A stretch of DNA of 64,000 bases from Saccostrea cucullata (lineage: Eukaryota), in assembly GCF_032062105.1 (NCBI RefSeq), contig NW_026936003.1:434001-498000 (forward strand), read 5' to 3'. The notes beneath the pieces are model-generated. The model saw only the letters and a list, made by a program, of their open reading frames with translations. It did no database searches and was not told the origin of the DNA. A program made the translations under genes and the position numbers. This document shows, piece by piece, positions 13,128 through 25,827 of this stretch (position 1 is its first letter; each line of letters begins with the position of its first letter).

Positions 13128-14088
13128 CGAGGGCTGCTCGGAAATTATTGAGACAATTACATTTACTCCATAAAGGACGGAGATAATTTCATGAAAATTC
13201 ATCAACATTTTATAAAGAACGATTAAAACACTTAAGCAAAATTTTTATTTCATATAAGATTACAAAAATCATTCCCTTTTCTTAAACCATTCTTTAAAAA
13301 TGTATGCAGCTGCTACCCTATTGTAAAATTTTCATTTGTGGGAAAAAAAATTACTTAGAATCATGCAGTGCCGATTTATGCAACGCGGGTCAGCGATATT
13401 AATACCGTAAAGATATTAATAACGTACGTAATAACTGCTGGTCGTCCGGAGCTTTTGATTTTACTCTGGTTGGATTAATTGTAAAAAAAAAAAATGTATA
13501 CCAATGAAATAACAAACCCTATCACATTATTTTTTTTCTAGTTGTTATTGATTTATCAGGTCGTTTAGTATTGAAAAGACTTCTACATTGCGCTACATTG
13601 CGCTACACAAAATTTTAGGTACGCTGACTGCTCCGCTCGAGACGTCAAAATCCATTTTTTCGTCCTTAGCAGATTTCTCTACCTCGAGCTCGTTTAATTT
13701 TTTTTATGATCTCCATATTTCTGATCAAAATTCTAACAAAGTTACACAACACAAAATTGAAATAAAGCTAAAAAAACAATTATACATATAAACTGGATTA
13801 TTTTCACTTTTTTATGAGTCCACGAAGAGTTAAATTGGAACGTTGATGTTACATATTTTCAATATCTGATTTCGTGACTGCTCCGGGTACCCTTACTATT
13901 GAGGCATTTATATATTATTGTACAGAAAATATGTAATATTTGTAAAATATTTTTTTCTTTTATTAATTCTTAGTGTATGTCAAACGTATATATGCAAATT
14001 TTCACCGAAAGACGTCCATTAGAAAGCAAAATATTCACAATGTCTTAATAATTTTCACAATGTCTCAATAATTTTCGAACAGCCCTCC
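13128..14088. mobile_element. Tc1/mariner-like MITE
   Basis: ~28-bp TIRs CGAGGGCTGCTCGGAAATTATTGAGACA / TGTCTCAATAATTTTCGAACAGCCCTCC; TA at the left flank; no transposase ORF. Confidence 0.75.
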
Positions 14089-14324
14089 TTAATACATGTA
14101 TGTGTAATCAGGAATTTTACATATATCATATACATTCGGAAATATATATGCATGAAATTCCTATTCTAATTAGAAAATACGTGCATTTACTGTTTCATTT
14201 GGGAAAATGTATTTATTGTTTTTTTAATATACTTTTTTTCAAGTTTTCACAGTCCTGGCTGGGGTTTTTAGTGAGATAATTTTAAGTATGAAACATAACA
14301 TATGCACAGATGTACAATAGAGAA

Positions 14325-14790
14325 ATCTTCACCTGCATGCGGAGTATATATATCTCATTTGATTCGATACGTAAGAGCATGCTCTACATATGAACAATTT
14401 CTAAAACGGGGTAAATTATTGACAAGAAAGTTGATGAAACAAGAATATCAGATGTCTCGTTTAAAGTCATCATTTCGTAAGTTCTATGGTCGATACAATG
14501 ACCTTGACAGCAAATACAATTTATCATTGAGTCTAATGCTGACTGACGTTTTTCGTACTAATAGTAAATCCATTACTTATACACTGAATTGACAACGGAT
14601 TTTTCCGTTATTACCTGATCATGACAAGGAGCACACGGTGGGTGTGACCGGTCGGCAGGGGATGCTCATTCCTCCATGGTACCTGATTCCATCTCCGATG
14701 TTTTGGAGGCCCGTGTTTACTCTGCTCCTATTTTGTATTGTCTTATGAACTTTGATATTGAATACTGTTCGTTATCTCCACATCCTTCTT
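14325..14790 (+). mobile_element. 5'-truncated Penelope-like retroelement fragment (RT C-terminus plus conserved 3' tail)
   Basis: Translation SPACGVYISHLIRYVRACSTYEQFLKRGKLLTRKLMKQEY...SSFRKFYGRY resembles the C-terminal RT region of Penelope-like elements; followed by the tail GGTGGGTGTGACCGGTC...GGGATGCTC...ACCTGAT. Confidence 0.75.
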
Positions 14791-17554
14791 GATGACGTAA
14801 AATCTTTATTTTTATCTACAATTTATCACAAAAATAAGATTAAATATGATTAAAAATTATTTGCTTTTTTCATCTGTGTGCACCCATTATTTTCCAAGAA
14901 AACGCTTTGTCCATATTCATTGATAACCTAACCAATTTAAACCCAGTGACTAGTGTCTAGTAACTTGTTGTACATACAATGGTCTTTCACTTTCCATTTA
15001 AAATGGTTGAAGACAAGAAGAGGTTTTTGTACCGTAAGATCTTTCTTGATATCAAAATGATAAATTATTAATTTCAAACTATGATTACAAAAAAATATGA
15101 AAAACCGTGCTCACCAATTTTTTTAATTTATAAATATTTAAAACATCCCTTTTAAAATGCAGATTCGTCTTTTAACGCCTAATACTAGTTCTAGATTATT
15201 TCAATTGATTTTTTATATCACGCATATCCCTTTTTTTTTGTCTAGATGTAACAACCCTACTAATGTGTTCGGAACCTTTTATTTTTCGGTGTTCTGCCAA
15301 TTATGAAGCCCGATGAGTTCTGAGTAGCTCTGGCAGTGGCTCTGTCGAGAGTTAGCGAGACTACAGCGAGATAAGGTAAATTATTCACGGAAATGTCGCT
15401 AGGAAGTGACTAGCACGTGGAGATATGGTAAACAGAAAAGTTATGTTGCGTTTCAGTTTTCACCACCCTATAATATCTGTAGAAATGTACTTCAATCGAT
15501 CTCTCTTACATTCATTCAAACTCAAACAAGTATTCTCCATAATACACTTTTCTGCAGTAATGAATTAAAATTTCTTTCTGGACAAAATTTTTCATGGGAA
15601 CCGGGACTATATTTTTGGCGTCAGATTAGCAAATTGCCTAACTGAATGTAAAATGTATCAAACTGTTCATATATATAAATGTCAAAGCACGCATTGTAAA
15701 ACAATTTTTGTATATTATATTGCTTTCTTCAAAACCTTTACATCCTTGTCGACATTATAATCAGTTGAGGTTTGTTTGTGTTCTTTCAAAGGTTTCATTT
15801 ACACGAACATCAACTTTCGATCACATAAAAATTATATCTTGCAATTATTCCAAAACGAGAAGGTACAAGGTAACGACCGATTTTGGTATAAATATCAGAA
15901 CACACTTACAACTGTGATGATTTGCAATTAAAACAATAAATAGTGCTTGCTTTTAAACATACAATCTGGTTCTGAAAATGCACAGAGGCTGCAAGAGGAT
16001 GACAAAATAGAATTATTCATCAAACTCCCTAAATCCTGACAGATTGTGTTTAGAGATACTTTTCATTGAAAAAAAAACAAAGAGTCCAACCTTGCCTATC
16101 TGAGTTAACATCTGATACAATTGCATCAAATGGATTTGGGGTATGTAATGTTTTTAATTCACGGTATGTAGAAAACGACAACTCATGCACACAGAGAGGT
16201 TTCGTCACTTTAGCGAATGGATAAAAGAGTTAGCCTTCTTAACAGTATATTTATATAAAAATTCCAGCTTGACTGGTTAATAGAATTTATAATTTGTGAA
16301 AGTACAAGGACCTGTTAATTAAAGGCGACTAGAAATTGGAAGTTTCATTAGCTTCGAAATAAAATAAGATTTTTACTATATTTTCATGTGAAATGCTATC
16401 GCAGCAATGTATAAGTCGTAATATTATACAGATAATTTGATAAAATATTAACTTAAAGTCTGTGTCTAAACACCTTTAATACACAGAGAGCTCTGTTTCG
16501 TTGTTAACGTGAAGAAAAGATCTAAAATAACTCTGTTTTTGAATTTTTTTTTCTTTTCTTTTTTTTTTAATTACAATTTTTAACATACAACTGAACTCCA
16601 AAGCAACTGTCATAATATATTCAAGTATTACAACATAAATTCGATTTCGCAATCACTGTAGCAAAAATAGAAATTAGAGTCAAAATTAGAATCAGTATCA
16701 ATTAGATAAATTAGGAAAACAATATGCTCCGTTTGATAAACGAAGCTGCAAACAAGGCACCTGGGTTTATAACTGTGTTTGCTTTGATAATGAAACAATG
16801 ATATACCAAGGTACAGTGGTCTAAGGAATCCACCTTTAGTACACATACCTATATACGTACACAACTTTTATCCTGGGTTTAATATAAACCGGGTTATCAG
16901 ACCCCCAGCAGTGATGGCTATTGTCCTCGTCATATGGTTATCTTTGTTTAAACGTGTACTTTAAATATGTGTCACTAGTATATTTGTATATATTTACAAC
17001 TGCTGTGTTTTTCTAAATAACAAACTGAAATTGATCTGAATGAAGATTTCGTGTATACGCAAGACCCCAGATATAATAATATAATATATGTATACAAGAG
17101 AAACTGGAACTAAAGAGACATCACACTAACTCAATCTAAAGGCTAAGAAAACGTTTATTATATAAGAAAAACGTGACGTCTCTTCCTTTTCTTGTTTGTT
17201 GTTTGTGATCGTTAAGGCTGATTCCATCGCAAACAGTTTTATATTGGCGAAACGTAAGTGGAGTCGGTGAAACGTTGAAAGTTGCATTTCTTTTTAAAAT
17301 ATGCTCTGTTCATGTGGATATCAATTTTGTGTCACAAGGAAAGCTATAGGCTTTAACGAGTACAAAAAATATAATGATAAAAGGACTAATAAAACACAAA
17401 TAAATCAATCCAGAAATCGATCACGTCTCTGCAGTAATATTGAGGAAATTCCTGAATATAATGTTCTTCATAGGTGGAATTATTTAGCCCGCAAGATATA
17501 TCATTGATTATTTCTTTTCATTATCATTTTTATCATTTTTTTAAAATCTTAAAT

Positions 17555-17790
17555 GTGGCGCAGTGATTAGAGCGTCTGCTCTTGATTCGCAAAATAAGAT
17601 CGACTTGATTCTTATTCGTTGCAGTTTCGAATTTCACTGTGAGACGTGGAGTATAAACCGGTCTTGTGTTTACTGGCACGAAAAAAATCCCTTACCGCTA
17701 AATGGCTGTAAATACCGAGCAGGCACCTGTCAAAGTCAAGACTTACCGAGAGAGGCGTTAAACAACACACAAACAAGCAAACAAACAAAA
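17555..17790 (+). mobile_element. Degenerate tRNA-derived SINE
   Basis: TGGCGCAGTGATTAGAGCGTCTGCT head, CTGGCACGAAAAA body, GGCGTTAAAC followed by an (AAAC)n-like tail. Confidence 0.65.
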
Positions 17791-18039
17791 ACTTAGTGTT
17801 ATTCTACTTTATCCTTTTAACCATTGTTTATCTTTTTTAAATGAAAAAAAAAAATGACCAACACTTCATTAAGAACATAATGAGATCTAATAATCAATGA
17901 TGTTTCGTTTCTAGGTTGCCTTTGTTGAAACAACTCCTAATTTTTTTCATTTTTCTCCTAAAAATATAAAATTTCCCCGTCACGCTGAATAATACACACA
18001 TCTATATGCTTTCGTTATATGCAAGCGAAAAGATTTTAT

Positions 18040-18290
18040 AGTGTTTAAACGAAAAGATAATTGCCTTCAATCGCAAAAAATACTGAGTTTAATCGCAAAA
18101 GTATTAAGTAAAATCGCAATATTATTGTGTTTAAAGGCAAACAAATATAGCTATTAAACGCAAAAATTATTGCGATAAAATAAAATATGATTAAACGTCA
18201 AAATATTATTGCGATTCAATGCAAAAGACTGCGTTTAATCACAATCTTTGCAATTAAGAGCAGTGAGTTTTGTGATTAAACGCAACGTTT
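18040..18290. repeat. Degenerate ~22-bp minisatellite (TTTAATCGCAAAA-like)
   Basis: About ten diverged AATCGCAA/AAACGCAA units. Confidence 0.55.
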
Positions 18291-18719
18291 TCATTTATTA
18301 TTTCTAATTTTCATTTGAACTTATTTATTTACTTTATTATCTATTTATCTAAAACTTATTTAATTTTTTTTATTTATCTATATTTTTATTTATGATATGA
18401 TCTTCATCATTTTATGTAATCTTAAATTGGGTTAATAAATAAAAACAGAGTGGTGACAAAGTACATCACCTTTTGTTTCTGTGTCCTGTATTTATGCATA
18501 AGATGGACGGCTCAGGTGGTAAAGGGTGTTTAAAAAATTTCAGTTAGCTGTTAAGATTGGGGATTAGAACATTAGATCATTTGCACAATTATTTTAGATT
18601 GTTAAAAAGCATTCTAATTGTACACACAAGTACTCTGAAGTTTATATTTAAAAACATGTTTGAGACTCTGATAAATTACAATATCAATGTGTCTTCCAAC
18701 AATCTATTTGAATTCTACA

Positions 18720-19085
18720 CACTTATGAAGCAGAATTTGTTCAAAAGAAGAAAACACTTGGCGTGGCCTTCAACTCGACAAGTAGGTATATCGGCGAAGC
18801 ATTGTCAATTAACAATGGTTATTTCAAATCTTATGTCGATATGGTATATTTCGGTGAAGTGAAATAAAAGACACTAAAGAATTTGACACATCTTTTTTAA
18901 ATTTGGATATTTAACTAGAAAAATGCTTTATGATAAATGTGATGACTTTTCAATCGACGCCGTCCAGGAATTGCTCATTGCTTCATAGCACCTGTGACCA
19001 CCTCTGATGTTTTAGAGGTCAGTGTTTGTTCTGTTCCTGATTTTTTTGCTCATAGATTTTTAGCGTGGACACTGCGTGTTATCTT
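18720..19085 (+). mobile_element. Degenerate Penelope-like fragment
   Basis: RT-like remnants (GAAATAAAAGACACT = EIKDT; CTTTATGATAAA..GATGACTTT = LYDKxDDF) plus the tail CACCTG..ACCACCTCTGATGTTTTAGAGGTC. Confidence 0.5.
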
Positions 19086-19929
19086 CAATGATTTCAGTTA
19101 GCTGCTAAGCTGAAAGACACTAGTGTCTCGACAGAAATATTTAGCATAGGTACACACTTAAGATAATTCTGGATTTTGCTCTATTGTACTTAACACAGCG
19201 AATTCCCCTCCCCCTTTTTGAGATGTGATTTTGGATACTAAATGTGTTTGTATATACAGTATGTATGAGTGATCCAAAGTTAATTACAATCTATGAATTA
19301 GTAAAAGCAATAAACTCTAGGAAAAAACGAAGTCCGATCAATATTCATTTTTCCTACTTTTAAAACTAGGATTGCGTGTAAGAATATAATTGTTATTGAT
19401 ATTGGAAACTTTAAGTAAATCAATCGCTGATCAAAGAAGAAACAGCTTATCAATCGTACATCCAAATTAAAATTGCCGGTTTTCCCAAGCTATGATGACT
19501 ATATTGAAAGGAAAGTTTAATAGAATGTTCTCCTTGGCTGGACAATTAAGAATTAAGCTGATTAAAAATTATCTCACATCACATGAGGTAAAATCGGAGA
19601 TGTTTTTTCATCATTCGGTAAAACGACTTACAAAAAAGACAGAAAATGAGAAATTTTGTTGTTCCGAGAACATTGTCTGAAATATTTGAAGGAATTTTTA
19701 TTAAAACGCAATAAAAATATCTTTCTTTTAAATTTTGCAACAAAAAATTGACCAATTTAATTATTAAAAAAAACAACTTAAAATCAATAATAATAATTTT
19801 AAAAAAATGTCCACCCGTTTCATATCGAATTTTAACAAACCAGCCCATAATTTTCTTTACCAATTGCAAAGAATGAGTGCACTTATGGACCTCGGTAAAA
19901 TATGAAAATGTAAAGAATCAAATTAAGCA

Positions 19930-20256
19930 TAAGGCCAAGCTTTAAAAATTCTTTGTTTGTAATTGATATCATTTTAGACTGGGTAGGTAGGTAGGCAACT
20001 GATTTTTTTTTTTTTTTCGAAAAAAAAATTCATTTTTTCAAAGCTTTTGTTTACATGAATAAGCTTCACTCTTTTTATGAAGCCATTGATTGATGAAAAC
20101 AAAAGTCAACAATTGCAAATGAAACAGTTTCAATATCCTAAAAAAAAATTTAAAAAAAAAATAATTTTACAAAATAGCTAAAAAAGTTTGGGTGGTGTGC
20201 ATTTTCAGTGGGTCGGTAGGCAACTGCAAACAAACACATTTTTTATTTTAGGCTTA
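19930..20256. mobile_element. Putative MITE (TAAGGCC...GGCTTA ends, internal GGTAGGCAACTG direct repeats)
   Basis: Imperfect terminal inverted sequence and two GGGT(A/C)GGTAGG..CAACTG motifs. Confidence 0.4.
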
Positions 20257-20749
20257 ATTTTTCAATCTCAAATCATTAATTGATATCTAAACCATACGAT
20301 TCAACTGATTTTCTATAGTAAATCGAGAATGGTCATTCATTTCAAAGCTTTTGTTTACGATAAACGTAACGTTGTACAATCTTGTTGCAAATGACAAAAG
20401 ACGCAATATACATTTATAAAACTTGTGTGAAAGTAGGAAATTTGCGTAAGATTAGCCTAGTACTTAAAATATTAAAAATGTATAATGATCAATGTTTTCT
20501 ATAGCAAACAAGAGCTATTTGCCTGTACTACCTATGTTGAACCCACCCGCAGAGTAAATTATTTGAAATACTCGTAGTCACGTGAGTATTACCTAGGTAA
20601 ACATTCCTCGAAGGTGCTCACGGTGGAATATACAGGCAGTTTTTGTATCATTAAATCAAAGTCATGCCGCTTAGAGATGTTTTTGTATTTGGTTTTAGAA
20701 ACACGGGAGGGTAAATAGGGATTAGCGTCGTTCATAAAAATGTCAAACA

Positions 20750-21120
20750 TTTTAGCTTCAGAACTGTAGCTGTAACTGTAGAAAATTCGGACAGATAAAG
20801 CAGAGAGATACAGATCCAAGCGTTGTAAACACCTTCCATTTGCGCCGCTGATTTTTTTTTTTTTTTGTCCTTCATTTCGGGTATTATTTCTGGCATTTTA
20901 GGCTTTCCCTCGCTTTTAGAATAGTATCCGATAATTATTTATATATACTGCACTTCTATTACCGATACTTATTTACCTTTCAAAAGCATAAAATACCCGA
21001 AATTAGCAACAAATAATCAGCGGCGTAAATCGAAGGTTTTTACAACGCTTGGATCTGTAGCTCTTTGCTCTATCTGTCCGAATGTTTTCAAGCAGATAGC
21101 AACAGTTCTGCAGCTACAAA
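20750..21120. repeat. Long imperfect inverted repeat (foldback MITE)
   Basis: Arms TTCGGACAGATA..ACAGATCCAAGCGTTGTAAA..CCTTC..ATTTGCGCCGCTGATT and AATCAGCGGCGTAAATCGAAGG..TTTACAACGCTTGGATCTGT..TATCTGTCCGAA; inner pair ATTTCGGGTATT / AATACCCGAAAT. Confidence 0.75.
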
Positions 21121-22336
21121 CATTTTAAACATTCGAAACAATGAAACAGGCTAAATATCCTTTTGAAAGAAACTAATGTTAATGCATATTGTATTTTTTC
21201 AAGTGAGCGTGTAAATTACTTAGTTTGATCACTATGGCTACAGACAACTACACAACTTTATACTTTTTTTTTTGTTTTTGAAAAAGATAAAATAGCGCAA
21301 GAACTATCATTTGGCAAACGCGTCCTTCGAAGATCCGCCATCAGATTGTTCAAGTGTCGATGTAAATGTCTCCTCCCCTTGATTTAAATGTAAAAGGAAA
21401 CTCGAAGTAGTTTTGGAACGACTTTTCCGGATTTGGGGTATCTCTATAGGCATTCAAAAATATTTTAACTATCACTAAAAGAGAAAGATTCGGTAATTTT
21501 TCTTAAGTAAAATGGCACAGAAAAAAGGCTCATTAATTATTGCTTAAATGCACTTGTCCTTTGGTATAACTATTTCCACGGTAAATTTATTTAGTTAAAT
21601 AAATAATTTCGACCTTATCGAGCGAAAGTATATTGTGAGAAACGAAAACTTTCTTGTCTGTTTATTAACAAAAATAAATCAATTGTATTTACCTAATCAT
21701 TATTTAAACATCTTTAATTATTAGATCAAAGATGTCAATAAAATGAAACAAAGACATATATGCGATAACAATTTTTAACATGTATATGCACTTATAGCAG
21801 GATGAAAGTCAAGGTATGCTTTCATTCACTTGACAAAATCGATTCAAAGTAACAAGTTTATCAATGACTAAGAGCTAGTAAGCTAATAAAAAAGAAACAG
21901 TTTTAGAACGTAAAAACATGGCAAAACAGGTTTATAAACATGCATAAAATCTAGCATTATTATTTGTCACTGCAGCATCCCTTATCCCTGATTCAAATTA
22001 CGATGAACACCATTTCTAATGTTTGAATTAATTAACTGCAAATCCTTAGTTTTTCAACCCCAAATATATCTAGTGTACATCACATAGCCGTATATAGGAA
22101 CCAGAGGGCGGGGGCTGAATTAATAATTTCGCTGATCTATTGGTATAATTTAGAAAATATACAGAAAACTATAGAAAACATGTGGTAATAATAGCAAAGA
22201 AAACATTGCTACTACATGTATATGCTTGTGCCTCCTCAGTTATACGTCTGATGTTTTTTGTTTTTGGTGATTGTCCCACCAACTCAAAGTATATGGCTGT
22301 TCGCTCCAAACTGAAATTGCTTCCTACGTGCCTGCT

Positions 22337-23624
22337 TCAAGGTTATGGTGATATACAATGTAATGGTAATGTATTGCAATGCATTAATTGAACAGGAGGT
22401 ATTGCTAATGATATGAAATTCCAAAAATAAAATGCATTGCATGTAATGGTACATGTAATACAATGCATTGAATTTACTTTCTCAAACCCAGAGTAATGCT
22501 TACATTACAAAACACTATCTTTATAAAGCAATTCTTAAAAATTATAAAAGGAGGTTAAAATTATTGTTTTCATTGAATATTTTTTCAAAAGATTAAAGTG
22601 AACACAAAAAGTTATTAAACATTTTTATAGAAACACTCTGCGTCAATCTATATAACTACACTTTTTAATTCTTTTGAAATTCACATTGAATTTTTCATAC
22701 TTATTCTAAATAAAATTCCATTTCAAAGAAAATTTAAAAGCTTTTAAAAAATCTTTTTAAAAAGACTCCGGTATGAGAGGTTAATACAAACTGTTACCTG
22801 ATAATTGTCATAATTTGAAAAGATTTCATCAAAACAAACAATTCTTCTAATGGGGTTATCTAACAATTAATTCGATTGTGTTTTGTTCAGAGAGAGCAGT
22901 GTTCCAAAAACAAGTCCCTTTCTTCTAACTGTGTTTACATAACCGTTAATTGAGGTGGTCTAGCTTGAGCTGGCCATCGAAAATTGATTGTATCAAAAAG
23001 GAATTTTGAAAAAAAATCAGGCATTCTACTTTTATCAGAGCAAAATGTAAATGTGCTGTCCCACCCTTTTAATAAGTTTGTCAATGTATTTTATATTTTT
23101 ATGTGGTATAAGATCCAAATAATCTATCAATATTTCTATTGTAATTAGAATTATTATTATATACTTGAATTATTTTTCAATATTTATTTTGTGTCCCCAA
23201 AGCTAAACTGTTTTATGACATGAATAGTTACGCAGTAATGATAAGTGCTAATTGTATATTTTTTTTTTATCTCATTGACAATCATAAAACGTTTCGACCT
23301 CTCATAATTGATAGATCGATATGTAAGTCAAATACAGTGTAATAAATAAATTACTTGAAGCCATATTTGAAACATCATTCAATATATTTAGTTCTGAAGA
23401 GGATGAGATGCTTGGTTATAAAGTAGTTGCAATGTTTGGTATTTCGATTTTTGAAAACCTTAAGAGTAATAAAGTAATGGTTTTGGTAATACATTACTTT
23501 ACTAAAGTAATGGTTATTTAACGCATTGTATTAAGAAATATACGAAATGGTGATTCAGTGCCAAAGTTCTTGAAATAACGGTAATGCAATACATTACTTT
23601 ACAATGTAATTTGCCCCAAGACTG
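22337..23624. mobile_element. Putative hAT-like non-autonomous element with subterminal GTAAT/ATTAC motifs
   Basis: Clusters of GTAATG/CATTAC at both ends; right end TTGCCCCAAGACTG; left end poorly defined. Confidence 0.35.
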
Positions 23625-24279
23625 GTGTACATGTATTTATAAATCATGAATAATTACTTGTTACTTGTCCTTATTCACCAACTGTGACGATAGAGTAGCA
23701 ATGGGAAAAATTTCAGGTCCTCCTTTTTTAAGAGAAAAATCAACAATTACGATGTGTATCATTTTCATTCAAAACAATGAATTTGAGAGCTCCGCTATAT
23801 CTAAAAATTTTCCTTGAACCCCCCTCCCCTTTTTTTTTTTAAAGAAATTGAATAATAATTAATTTATATTTCCTGGTTTTAAAGGAATAAAATAGAATAT
23901 GACAAGTGAACTTAACTTGCTACGATAGCTGGTACACTTTCAATCATTAAGTCAAGCAAATTCAAATTGAGGACATTGTTCCCTTTCGCCTTATGTTGAT
24001 TTCCAAATTCATTTATGGTATTTAGAAAGATTTTGTCATAAGTTATACATATACTTAATAGGAAAGTCATATCTTTTCACATTTAAAAGATATGACCAAG
24101 GTTTAAGCTTTAAAGACTGAAAGATTGACAGACGAATGAGAAGTTGTAATGTACCCTCGCTTTCGCAAAAGCAGGGGACAAATATACATGAACAATGTAT
24201 TAATGATTAATTTTGTATAAAACATGAAGCCAAACATCTTTACCTTTAATTTAAAGGTGTCAAAACTAACTTCATGATT

Positions 24280-25827
24280 TTAATTAGTTTTTCTAATTTG
24301 CATTGTTACATATTTTACTACCTGATCATTCCCTGATAAATCTGGCCATAATATTTGTCTCGTTGTAGGATAAAGTGTTTTTTCGATATGTCCTAAAGGT
24401 AAGCAAAGGTTTGTATTCAAACAATTGGGAGAAAACCACCACCCGGATTTATCCCCTCCTGAACATCCGTAAACATTCACTCCATTTGCTTCAAAATCTT
24501 CATTATCAATCAAATCCGCACTGCTTGCAGTCGGCAGGTTATCAAAACCGTTGCCAAGGTAATTATTGGTACTTCCGCTGAATGAATCAAGTCGCAATGT
24601 CCATTCCAATGTATCTTTGACCAAAAAAAATCCATAATGTATCGAATCATTGTTCCCATTTTCAAGCCTTATGTTGATTTCCAGTTTGTAGTTACTGCCC
24701 GTGTTTGTAAGATAGAACATATTTTGCAGTCCTATCCAATGATCGCACGATACATCCTGCCCAAATCCACTGATGTAATCCGTCATAGGAAGGTTCCAGT
24801 CGTCAATTCCACAGTTCCCGCCATGCTCCATGATGCGCGTAAATACTCCTTCCGGCTTCACGTCACAATAGACTGAAATTGGCGCCGGTGCTCCCGATGG
24901 AATAATTGTATACACATTACTCGTTGGCGGACCACCACCCAAAACATTGGAACAGTCTGAAAATACAAGAAATAATTTAATGAAATCAGGGGTGGGGGTT
25001 ATAGACCGTTTTGTGTGTTTCAGAGAGTGAAGGAGAGAGGGAAGAGGTTTCTTATTTACCTCCATTCCATGGATAATGAGGGTCGTACAAAGTTGTTGTC
25101 ATTGGCAGTGACATCGTCTCCAGGGTAACAGATTGGGATGTCCCCAACATTGATGTCATCTCCAATGTAACAGGATGTGATGTCATTGATAGTGATGTCA
25201 TTTCCAGTGTCACGGGGGAGTTGTTATTCAATAAAGGCATACCACCAAGCTAAGTATAACATTAAATTTGAAAACTGTGTGAAAAAGACTTTTTTACAGT
25301 CAAATTGAAATATTGTACGTGGACTTTGATACACTCTATATTATTAAATATTATATATTTCACGTATTTACATTTCCCTGGTAGATATTTTTTAAAGTAC
25401 TATTTTTCCACCTCTTATTCACTGTTAGTATAAATCTAACTTATTTTAACAATAATTCATTGTTATCTATTCGGACAGCTATTGTTATTACCTTTTGTAT
25501 AAATCTGCAATTGACGACATCCAGAAAATCTCCACATGATACTGAATTCAGAATTTCCACATATTGGCAAAACGTTCCTGATTCATTCTTACACAAATTA
25601 ATCCCATCACATCTTGTTTCCTCAAAGCATCGCAACGCACAGCGCACCGTTGTTTCTGAAAGACCAGTATTTAAGTGTAATTCATTTACTTTAGATGATA
25701 ATCCAAGAATATTGTTTTCTCCACATGTTTCTACTTTATTATAATACAATTCCCGAAAATATTGTCCATTTATTTGATCAATCATAGAAAACCAGGCGTA
25801 AATAAAAAGTGCCCTCACTGTCCTCAT
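24280..25827 (-). CDS. Secreted fibrinogen-related protein: signal peptide, PAN/apple-like Cys domain, Thr/Ser/Met repeat linker, divergent FBG domain; 400 aa
   Basis: Exons 25827-25492 (phase 0), 25249-25060 (phase 1) and 24956-24280 total 1203 nt. Motifs CALRCFEETRCDGINLC (PAN-like), DCS, VYCD, YISGFG, WIGLQNMFYLT, YKLEINI, GWWFSPNCLNTNL, VTMQIR. Confidence 0.88.
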
